From Balanoglossus misakiensis (lineage: Eukaryota > Animalia > Hemichordata), in contig CM082583.2 of NCBI GenBank assembly GCA_040954595.2, positions 11,880,636 to 11,944,635 on the forward strand: DNA of 64,000 nt. Direction: 5' to 3'. Both the position numbers and the translations under genes were made by a program. Within the stretch, counting starts at the first letter, position 1; every line of letters begins with the position of its first letter. A model generated the notes under the pieces. That model had not been told where the DNA came from and searched no databases. It saw only the letters and a list, made by a program, of their open reading frames with translations. This document shows positions 13,387 through 25,200 of the stretch, in pieces.

Positions 13387-16371
13387 CCAGCCGTTGATGA
13401 GACCAATGGGTGTGTCCATGCACAAGTGCCATAGATTGATGAGATCTTTGACTCAATCATATCATATTTTGCATCCACACTGTGTGCCAGTCATTCAGTT
13501 GTATTTTTTACCAAAGAACTTGTATTTTTTCCCTTCAGTATTGTGGGAAGCGAGTATGTGTGCGAAAGCTCTTCCTGTATTTACAAAAAGCCGCTAGACA
13601 ATTGTACAGCATGGGTGATTTTTACTGAAATTTTATCTTTTGTTAAACGTATTGTGGCGCTCCCTGTTTGTGACATTTGTTTCATAAACAGTGTACGTTG
13701 CATTTTTACTTTAAACACTTTTCTTTCATGGCTGTATCCCATAACAATGTGTCTGGTATATTACCTGGTGTAGGACAGTTATTGTCTGTTGCAAGACTTC
13801 TGTTCTAGTGAAGTGTAAATTGCGCTGGTTGGAATAGAAAAGAATTCTGAGTTCATGAGTATTGTTTCATTGCTGAGTTGTGAAATATCCATAGAAAGAC
13901 GCAGTGGCCAGTTTCGGTTCCATATTTATTGACGTGCCAACCATACTAATCTAACAAAAACAATGCAGGTGTTTATGTCAGTGATTTATGTTATTTTATG
14001 TGATTCGGTCATTTTTTTTCCAACAGAGTACAATGGAAATCTAATTTCCAAACAAATCAAGCAATTTTTTCGGGTAACAAAATCCATGTATATATATTAC
14101 GTGTTTGTATATGTTATGTTTGTATTCATTCGAGGAAACAATCAAACAGTGGCCATTTGAACATGTTATTAATTAACTTTACAGAAAATGTACATTTAAG
14201 TGTGTGAGTACTAACGTTTTGAAAAATTCAGATTTTAGAAATTCTTTACAACTTGTCCTTTTCCTTAAAAGCAGTTCTGTCATTTGTTCACTATCCCAAA
14301 GCCAGATTTCTGAATGTCGGTCTGATAGCTGTAAAGTAACCTGGACTAATTTAAGTCAGTTTAAAATAATAACCAAAGAATACAGAGTACAGTACATCAT
14401 TAAAACATAACCTTTTCTTGCAAGTTTTAAGTGTTTCCTTCTGACATATCTGTTCAGCAGGTGTAATTAATTAAACAGTATCAACCAGATTTTACCTTGT
14501 AATAAAGTAAATTTATTGTTAAATGAGTGGTTTGTGTATTTTTGTGTGTGCAGGAATCATGGATGCAACTCATAACACAGAGATACAAGTCAACCATGAC
14601 ACAGAATAATATTGATTAAAAAGGTTTTTTTTAATTGTATTTGGCAAGTGTGTCAGTTAACATTAGGAGTTAAAGTAAAACAATAAGAACTGAAAGCGAT
14701 GATGCAATACTAGTTTATGTTCTCCCCTTCAACATTAATATGAGGGGTGAAAAAAGACTAGAGGTTCTGGTTAAAATAAATGTCTTGTGGATAATATACT
14801 GGATATAAAATATAGGTAATATCAGTAAGTATCAAATGCTTGGAACTAAAAAAAAAGACTACCTGTATTGTTAGCAACTATCCTGCAAGCCATTACTTCA
14901 AATAAATACACACTTCTGGGAATTTTAAAACATGATAATGGCAATGGGTTAATGGATGAAAATGGCCCATTAAAAAGCATACAATATTTCAGTAGACAGT
15001 ACAAAAATAGCGCCAAAGGCACTGTGCTCCCATGTCCATGTTGGGGAAGATGTCAGTGTAGATTGGTAGACTGGTAGTGTGTATAGTGATTGAGAGTGAT
15101 GGGGGGTGGAGGGAGTTATGCAATGGCTTTCCAACTCCCCAGAAGGAGGGAGGGGGAGGGTTTCAGTCTCTGGCCCATGGACTAATAACGTCCTGTAACA
15201 GTGGCTGTACAACAAAAAGTTGCTACTGTACCCAATCCCGCACCCCGTCAGAAATCAATTGCTTCACCCCTTACATATCGCATGGGAGCATAAAAAACAC
15301 CGCCATCAAGCATATGTTTCTTCTTTTGTTGCCATAAAATTAAAGCATCAAACAAATGAATATTCCAGTAACAGTAAAGTAATAAGCTAGACCATGATAT
15401 GTGCAAGACAATCATGAAAAGAGAGAACTGTTTGTTATGTCGAGATAAGAAAGCTAAGCTGGTCCATCATTAAGCATGTTTAGTTTTGACTAACTCTCAG
15501 TGGGTGGGATATAAAGATGGGAACATGTTTTTTTTATTTTCTTATCTGTCATCAGTACTTCTTTCACACTTTAACAATAATGAACACATTATGAACAGTT
15601 GAATCAGAACATGAAGCACCATGTAGACCAATTAAACAAACATTTCTAAGCCTATATCTAATATCTAAATTGCACCCTTTTAATTTGCATTCAACACATG
15701 AATAACGTGAATGAACCACAGAAAAATCAAGCGGAGGGTCATTTTCACTAGACTACTCACTAGCTCTGAACACTAAATTCCTGTCTAGATTGTCATGATT
15801 CATGAAAATTATCCAACAAATATGGCCGCAAAAAAGTCTGCAAAAATTGAAATACTCAAAATTATTTTTTTTTAGTTAAAAACCAACCAACCAACCAACA
15901 GGATAGGTTGTGTCATTTTTGTATCAACGCGTAAAACTGCTTCAACAACTGACAAGCTAGCTTATTTAACGGTAAAGGCATAGTTTCAAAAAGAATAAGG
16001 GAGGTTTGTGTGTTGTGTTACAAATATACTCCCTACAAATATACTCCTTACTTCCTTCTTGATTCCTTGTATTCCTTCACAAAACTGACACTACTGAAGT
16101 CTGCACTGTCATGGATCAACAAGAGCTACTAATTGTAAAGAGAAAGTTTTAAAGCAAGTGGACAAGTGGTTTGGGAGAAAATCAATGGTACATATATATA
16201 CCAAATGGAGCCTAAAACTTGACAAATTTCTAACAAAATCTTTTGCTTAAACATTCTGACCCTAATGATATCTGCATCTTTCTCAATACCTCTACAAAGT
16301 ACAATTATATAATTTTTTTTAAAAACTTCCCTTAAAGTGTTCTCCTAAAAAGGCAACATTCACAGTGGAGT

Positions 16372-19300
16372 TTACATGACAACACATCTGTCTCCCTTTT
16401 GGCCGGACTCACGCTGTTGGGAAAAAAAAAGAAATCATAAAATAGGTTAATTGTTTTGCGGTTCGAAAAAAGGGATGAAAGTCACCATACTTGTGGGTGG
16501 TAAGATCAAAGCGTGACCTTTCACCTTTGTTACAGATGAGGCTTCACCTAAGCCATGCGACACAACAACCATGCATAACACTGACAAGCTGAGATAGACA
16601 AGGCTTCTGTGACATCAGAACAGGCCCGGAAGAGCAAAATAAATTGGTTAGTCTTTGTCATCCTGGAGTCTCTGTGCCTAATTAGCTTGTTAAAAGAAGT
16701 AAGCTAACTGCTTTCAACAGTAATGTCTTCATATCTGATGACAAATGAGTTGAATCTTGTCCATAGAGACATTACTGCTGTATTGTCTTTGGCCAATACA
16801 TATAAGCATTCAAAAAGCATACACAGTTAAATTACTGATGCCGCCACATTCAAGTAAAGGCATAAACACTGATATTAAAGAAAATAAATCTCCAGCCTCC
16901 AGCAAGTGCACAAAACTTGACAGCATTACACCACGAACATTTTAAAATCAATGTTCAATCGAAATGTGTGGGATGGGGTCTCCTGAAGCTCACAATTTGA
17001 CAATTCAGTCAAAAAATAGCAACAATCTTGGCATTTTAGCCAGTGAATGTGTTTGCCTGTTATCTCAAGCAACAGAATTGATCTCAAGCAGACAAGGGCT
17101 ACAATGAAATGGAACACACACCATTGGTTTACTCACTATCCCGCTGACCGGAAGAACCAGAGTCAGACTGTACACAGGAGATACAAGAAACTTATTTCAG
17201 TCATCTCCGAAAGGGGTTGTCCCTTTTACATCATTTCTCAACTCATAAGCTTAAAGAAGCGCCTGCATACAGCATGCTTACATGATGTTGGGGGGGGGGG
17301 GGGATTTTGTAGTGATTTTTTATGAAACTTGGAAGCACACAAGTTGGCTGCCATATTGGAAACACATGTTTGTGTCAGTAAAGACAGCACATGGCTGTTA
17401 CAGGGGCTGCTGTCACAGATACTGATCAGACCATGTTACATGCATTTCCTGAAATCTGCCTGTTGTTTTCTGTGAGGTACATGTAGATCATGGATATGTA
17501 CGGTAGTACATATATGCCCATGGTCAAGTCTGATCAATAACCCAACAATTCCAATATCTCCAGCTGTAACTTGGGGAGTTCTCAAAGTCATTGTGCCCTC
17601 ACTGCATTGGGTTCGGCCAACAATCATCTGCATAAACTGTCATTATACTAAAAGAACATAATAAGATCCAGAAACTAAACGCAGATGATTTTGAAAGTTG
17701 TGTTGTGCAAATGCATAATAGAATGAAGCAGGCGAATTAATCAAACCATAACAGAAATTTCAAGCTGGCTAAATATAACAACCTGTTGGTGAACATAATT
17801 TGTGTTGGCCTTACCAGACTTAATCTGCCACCTGAAGTCTCAGTGTATTCTTCATAGGAACACTCTCGACTCATTGTACGTGATGCCATCGCCTGCAAAG
17901 AACACATCAGTTATAACACACATACATTGTAAATCAATCAAAACGGTACCAGTAGTCTTCAAATGATAATAACTAGTGAGTCAGTTGATATATTGTAGAG
18001 AAGTCATGTAATTCTTTCATCCAATCTCACCTCCCCATTGTTATCCACTAAGACAGTCTTGACTGTGTCGCCCATGCCAAATGACTTGACCTTCCAGACC
18101 AGATCTGTGGGTGGATTGTGCGACTTGCCAGCATCTTGTGCCCACACTGTTACATTGGCATTGGCTTTCAGAACATAACGACTGGCGAATTTGTAAGTGA
18201 TCTCATCGGCTTCATCGACTTGGCGTTTCAGCTGCCAACCTCCCAAAGCTTGGTCCTGCAAAAGGACGACCAAATAAGAACAATTTCCAGTCAGAAAGTT
18301 GATAACAATATTCGTCAACCGGTACCCAGTATCAGGGAAAACCTGCATAGTGTGAATTGACACAAAAATCCATCTCACCTTATCAGAGGTATTTTGGAGT
18401 TTGATAAATAAGCCGTCGACATCTGTTTCAAAGATTGATACACAACCAGAGGCAGTAGCTGTTTGTGATAGACTGGAAGTTTCATCAATGCGTCGACGTT
18501 TCTGACCTCTGATCTGTCTCATTGGTGTGCTTCTCTGCTGTGATGCGCCTTTCTTCTGTTTTTGACTTTTTGGTGATGGGCTGATGTTCAGTCTGTAACA
18601 AAATCATAGTAGGAGACGGGCGGAGTTCATGACTGCATACAATAATTATATTTATAAGTAAAAAGTGTTCATATTTGACACAAGTGCTGGTTGCACAAAA
18701 GTCTCCACAAAATCACAGCGTACCTGCTTTCCTCCCCTTCAAGTAACTTCCTGTAGGCAGCAATCTCCATGTCCAATGCAATTTTGATTCCCATCAGTTC
18801 TTCATACTCTTTGAGTTGTTCAGCCATGGAGTTCCTCAGAGCATCCAAGTCTAGGTCTCTTTCCCGTAGGGCAAGAGCAGAAGCTGTCTGTTCGTCCGAT
18901 AACTGTTTCTCCAGATCCGATATACGGGAACTAAAGGCTGCCACCTAATGTAGCACAAAGTACATATTTCTTCAATTAATCTCACAATAGAGATTCAATA
19001 AAAGTTTTGTGTCTTTCACCAGGCAAAGAAAATCTAAGATGCTCTTCACCACTCAGAAATGGATGAGAGTTGACGCAGGAATCTACATGGCTATTAACCT
19101 GTTTTTTTTTGGGTGCATTGAAATTGCCTTCTTACCTGTGCTTTGAGTGAATTGACCTGTGATGTCAGGCCGTCGACCTTGGTGCGGTTCCCTCGCAATT
19201 CATCTTTAGCCACCATTGCATCATGGCTGTATTTCTCTGCCATTAACTTCATTTCAGACAGCTGTGAATGCAACACAAACCAACACGTGTGAGGCAAGAT

Positions 19301-22120
19301 CTCTACATGGTGAGGCGAACACAAGGGATCTTTGCTGGGTGAAAATGAGCTGAATTAATGTTGAACCACTTATGCATACATCCACTGATACCTATGTCTA
19401 AACCAAACCTGTTCTAACTGAAACCTGGCAATGACATATACATTTGAACAACCTCTGATTGTACACTCTCAGACACAGACAAGGCACTGTACCTTTGAAT
19501 GGAAAAGAGATTCTGTTTCCTGTTTGAGGAGAGTGGCCTGTTCCTCATACTCCTCCCGGAGTTCTTGCAGACTTTCCTGCATTCTGCTGGCGTATTCTTC
19601 CCTGGCCCGGGAATCCACTTCCGTGATGATCTCTTCCTTCTGCCTCCTCGTCTCAACCATTTCCTGAAAGAGGAAGCATTTGTCAGAAATATCTGCCAGG
19701 ACACTGAATTACCTGATACAACACTGAACAGTCTCAAAATGGATGCACCACAGAAGTGATGACGATAACCTTCACAAGCAACCAAAAAATGATTTTTCCT
19801 GTTGTTTACTCGGGTAATCTTTATTTGCTATTTTCAAACAAAACCCAAAACCCTACCCCTTTATGGAGTTCCTCCTTGAATGCCAACTCTTCCCTCAAAC
19901 TCGTCACTGTGTTCTCGACTTCCACACGGAGAATAGTCTCCTCTTCCAGCTGCTTGCGGGCATGCTCAATGGCCTTCTCCTTGTTGCTATGCTCCCTCTT
20001 GAGACGATTGAACTCATCCTCAAAGTGCTGTCTCTCGTTGAGGGCGGTCTTCAGTTTAGCCTCTCTGTCGGACAATGTGGATTCCAGTGCCAGGATTTTC
20101 TTTTCAGCCTGTGCAAGGTCCTTTTCAGCTTTCAGTGACCTGTTCAAAAATAAATTTAATACAACAGAATTCTTTTAACTACATTTCATATTTATAAATA
20201 TGCATGTGGTATGCATATGACCCTCAACCCAACCCGTAGTACACCATACCACATATGGCATCATGAATTGACAAACAGGAACCCAGCTGCGAGGCACAAC
20301 CAAGCTGACCTCTACAAGCCTAGGGTCAATAACATCATCAATGGCAACCACAAACAACGAGAGTGACTGTGACCCAGTTATTCTGGGGGTGTTTCCATAC
20401 TGTGACTATCGTTCCTCCATCATGGCAGGATCATAGTTTGAGGTTGTAGATTGCTTATCAGTATCGCAGTAACAGTAGCTAATAATTATGTAACATCTCT
20501 GGTTAAATTAATTAAAGCACATCCTGACCATGAATGAGAAGGGCAAACACAACCTCAGATTATACAGCAAACACTGTTATTGGTGGCCAAGGTACCAGCT
20601 GCACTTTTTAGCACTGACCTTTGTAGGAAGCCATTGACATATGGTTTCTGCTTGCAAAGAGGTGTGTCACATTTCCTATGAAGCGCTCACTCAGTGACAC
20701 TGCCAAACAATGCAGCACCACCCTTGGCTGTTCAAGATTCACCACCGAGACGTAAAAACAGTCTATTCATATGCACAAATTGATGAGCACCATCATTCAG
20801 TCAACTTGAGAATTAACAATGGCAGGCACAAAACAAACCATTTACCCTTGGGTTAAAATGTACATGTTGTTTGGAACAACTCCAAAACCCCTCACAATAA
20901 CCTGAACTGCAGAAACCCTGAGGGATGAGGGTGTTCTGAATAAAAACAATAGGTGGGTTCATTGTGTCCATTCAGAACCATAATACTCACAAACACATTT
21001 CAACAAAAACTGTTCAGTTTTACAGGGAACTCAATTTTTGCATAGGTCAATAAATTTGCCATATCTTTATGAATTATGTAATAACATTGATACAATGTAC
21101 CACTTATTAGCCTATTGATAGTAGTAATGCTCAATCTAATCACCAGAAGCAGGTCACTTAAGATTTATTTTTCTGCTTCATCTTGTATAATTGCATTATT
21201 ATCTAAGGTTTGGTAGAATAAAATTGTCGTTTTTCACGCTTATGTACACCCCCCCCCCCAAACTGGCTCCCTCCTCCAAGTTATCTATTAATTTAAAGGT
21301 CTGCAATATACAAGAGTTAATGAGATGCGTGACATGCATTCCACTCTCACTTTGGCATCAACCATTTCAGAAATATGGGTAATGTACAGCACTTCCAAAG
21401 AAAGGGACAAGATCAAGGACACTGGGAAATGTCCTAATGCGACTTATTCTAACTTAAATATTTGTTTTTCTTTGATTTTGTCTGACGACGTAATAAAATA
21501 TTTAAACTGGACAAAGTTTCCTCTCCAACATCACCAGACTTGCTACCCACCCCTCATAAGTTCAAAAGCCCAACATGGCGACTAACAGCATAATGCATAA
21601 TGTGGCGTGGGTTTATCGCGTCGGCTTAGCCCAGAATGTACCACAAGGTTATAATCAATCGGAGATCAACAAATACTCAACGTCAACACGATAAAAACAA
21701 GTTATCATAACAAAGAGGTATCAGTGGGTAAATAATGGTATAAAAACAGAGTTAATATCACCGTTACCTCGCCCCGGAGTCTTCAGCACGCGTTTTCCAT
21801 TTGCTATGCTCGACCTCCATCCGTGCCTTCTCTTTGGAAGTACTATCCAACAGCTTTCGTACATCCGCCAATTCAGTTTCGTACATCGATCTCAGGTTCC
21901 TCACCTCGCTCGTCTGGGTCTCTTCGACCCGCGAAATTTGCACATGAAGACGAGAGTTCTCATGTTCCAGGTATTTGACTTTCTCGATGTAGTTGGCAAG
22001 CCTGTCATTGAGGTCCTGCAGATCATTCTTCTCCTGGATTCGGCTCCTTCTTGAAGGACTCAGCGGAGATGCCGGTGTTCTCGAGCTGCTTGTCGTCTGC
22101 TTGCGTGTCTGCGTTGCCAT
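16372..22120 (-). CDS. LMN: Nuclear lamin (B-type, CaaX)
   Basis: Exons 22120-21768, 20139-19857, 19663-19493, 19261-19136, 18944-18724, 18592-18379, 18255-18031, 17892-17815, 16413-16372, frame-consistent. Head CDK site [18 protein letters not shown], rod end [26 protein letters not shown], Ig-fold tail, C-terminus CVVM*. Confidence 0.95.
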
Positions 22121-22245
22121 AGTTTCGGGTGGTGAACGAAATATACGGTATTTTGGAATATAATAGTTGTGATAGTACTACCTACCCGAACAGCAACAAC
22201 GAGCAGAATATATCCGCGTCGCTTGTGTCATGTGATGATTGTTAG

Positions 22246-22299
22246 CCAATGAGGAGCTGCAACTAATATACATGGCTGAAATTTCCCGCGAAATTTCAG
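22246..22299. promoter_or_regulatory. Lamin proximal promoter: CCAAT box and palindromic E2F-type site
   Basis: CCAAT at 22246; CTGAAATTTC-CCGC-GAAATTTCAG (22276-22299) contains TTTCCCGC and, on the other strand, TTTCGCGG. Confidence 0.55.
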
Positions 22300-25200
22300 G
22301 GTGCAGATGAGGGCTGAATCATCATGATCATAAGCGTTTTCCTGTTCTCAAATGCGTCGTTGCAGTTCGCCACGCCGCTTTCTCTTAGTACCCATTTGTG
22401 AATGAAGCCAGTTTACAATGTAATTAGTTTATTTAGAACACAACGTGGTATTAAAAAGTCAGACATTCGCAACTGTTCTAGCTCCGAACGCGGGCGAAAT
22501 ATTACATCACGACCTTTCTGATTATGTTGATCACAACATCATAAATTAAAGTCTGAACGGTTCCAGTTATGAAAAATACATAACGTTCGACTGATAGTAA
22601 ACCAATTTCCCCCCGAAAACGATTAAATTAAGTCTGTTCCTGGCAATCCATGTCAAAGCAATAAGTAAGCCAGCTCATGTATTGAGCGCCCTCTATAGTT
22701 GTCTCAAACAAATGCTGGATCACACAAGTCTCCTCATAAATTTTGGGAAACAATTGCCTGGCGCTGGGGGCGTACCGTATGAGTATAAATGCTCCGCCAT
22801 TTTTTCATCTCTAACTGCAAATAATTGAACTGAAAATTATTTCTATTACATATGATTGATCAAATTTGACATGCCCGTCGGTTCCATGGCCAATATTTAA
22901 AGTCAGTACCTACCATCAACGCAAGGCTTGGACAAATTGTTTTAGGCCACCACAAGTGTCCGCGATTAAAACGATAAAGTTTGTGATATCGGTTTTCAAA
23001 GAAAGTGTGAGTTCAATTAGTAAGTAAATGAATAAAAGAAAACACCATTGGGTTATAGGAGGGTGTTCTACTGGATATGCTAAAGGTACAACTGCCCAAA
23101 CTTTGCAACCAAAATAGACCCACTTGCAGGTATGCATATATGAAAAGGGGGCCAATGTCGGTTAAATGTCACTGAAGGTAACCTCTTATCGGCCACCTTG
23201 ATGTAACGATAGGGGGTAACGACCGCTCGTTGTGTTGTATCTCTATCGAAGCCTGCTATCACTATGATATGATCTGGGTGCCTGATCTGAAGTCGCACGT
23301 GTGTGATGACGAAAGTTCAGCCATGTTAGGGTACTTCGATACAGATTGGAGCGTCGAGCTGATACAGCCAACGCGTGACCTAACACCTAGTGAGCGATAC
23401 CAATTTGAAACGAAAACGTCCGGAATTTACGATAAAAAAATAAGCGGCACCAAGGAATTCTAAAAATAATTGCTCACAGTAAACGGCCTCACCTGGACAC
23501 AGAGAAAGCTGGGGTTAAAGGTTATCAGAACTTGTAGAATGTTTAGCGTGCAAAATTGCCACCAGAGACAAATTGTACCCGCATGAGTTTACAGGCATGA
23601 TTTTTGTATTACTTCAAAGTTAATACGACAGTCAAAGCATCATTGAATACTTTGTGGTACCATAAAATACATGCGATAATACACCCGACCCTAAAGATTG
23701 CCTCGGTAACAAATCATACTTTTACAAGGTTAAAGGCCGAGATTCAACAGCAGATCTACGTATACGTATGTATGTATTCCTATGCATGTATGTATGTAAG
23801 TTTTGTGCCATTAAAGTAGGCCACAGAGTTCGTAGTACTCGACGTGGGTGGATGCATAAATGACAGCTTATAACCCTGTGTCGAGTGTCTGTGAACTCTG
23901 ACTATAGGCGTTCACATGGGCAATTCATACCTTGATCAGAATAGAAGCATCTAAAGCAAGGTCTGATTTGCATGAAAAGGCTTGCAGATAAAGCAGTGCT
24001 ACTCTGTCACGCCAGGGGAGGCCATGTTACAAAGAGTAAAAAACAGCCAATTGAAGTTTTCCACCAATCCGGGATCACTGCCAGCGTTGGGATACTATTG
24101 GACCGTCGTGACCGCGGGTATGGCTCAAATTAAGTTTGGTATAATAGGACAGTGTCCAGTCTGTGGTGGTCAGTCCTACCACTGCGGAAAACGGGCGAGT
24201 CATTGGTCAACGACGGCCAAAAGTAGTTTTATGTCCGCTGCGCACATTCCTGAACAGGGCAAGTCGGAATGACCCATGCATACAGTACAAGTGCCACTGC
24301 GGAAAAAAAAAGTTGCTGCGAAGTTACTGCAAGATTGAGGTAACACCAGACGCTGACTTGACAAGGCACTGCAGTTAGGGTACCTCTGTCGTTATCACTT
24401 TTTATCTTCAGTCATACTTTGTGTGATAACAGAATTCAACGAGATGTTCATGAACACTCGAGAACCACCACTAGTCAGACGAGGTGCGTTGCTCCTTTAA
24501 AGAAGGGATTCCAGAAAAGAAGGTATTTATGGACGGCAAAGAAAAGCGCAACAACGATTCCGCCAGTGAGCACTGCACCATTCTACAAGTGGCAAGATAA
24601 CCGCACCTGGAGTGAGGGACACTCCCATGCTGAAAAAGCAGAGGAACTCGACGCCCAGTTTAACTTTTGTAAGTACGTGTTTAATTTGTATCCCTCCTCT
24701 GTTTATGACAAAAGTTGAAAGTTATTTCAATATTTCAATCGTGAAAGAACCCTGAGAGACCACCGCTTTTGTAGGACGATCCGCAATTATACCGAAGACG
24801 GATCTCCAAGGTCACGGCCCTTTGTCATTAAGATAGGACGTTCCTTGTCACAAGAACAGGTATACAGAAGGTTGTGAATAACGATTGCTTAAAGTATTAA
24901 CTTTCCCATGGTGTGGGCGACAGCAAGAACAGACGCGTGTGGGGGACTTCAAGGACGCGGGGTATGTATAGAATTTGTCAGAGTGGGGTCGGACCAGTGG
25001 TCATTTTTGTACTTCGCGCCCGGTTTCCCAAATCCAGATCTAGTTGCGACGGCACGCAAAGTAAAGTGTACCTTGCCACAGCAGGGCTCTGTATTATCAA
25101 GAATGTCACTGGAGCCCTCCGACAAAGCAAACAGAGAATTAGATGAAAGCGGACGTACCAGGAGACATTTCTTCTCAGAGCTGGCCAGACTCTCTCTCTT

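Noticed and set aside
14620-16371. miR-9 site in the lamin 3'UTR (mammalian prelamin A is a miR-9 target)
   Set aside because: No CTTTGG(T) found on the plus strand of this interval by eye.
23958-24352. RNase P or telomerase RNA suggested by AAGGTCTGA and nearby TAACCCT
   Set aside because: No proper CR-V partner motif and no full CTAACCCT template.
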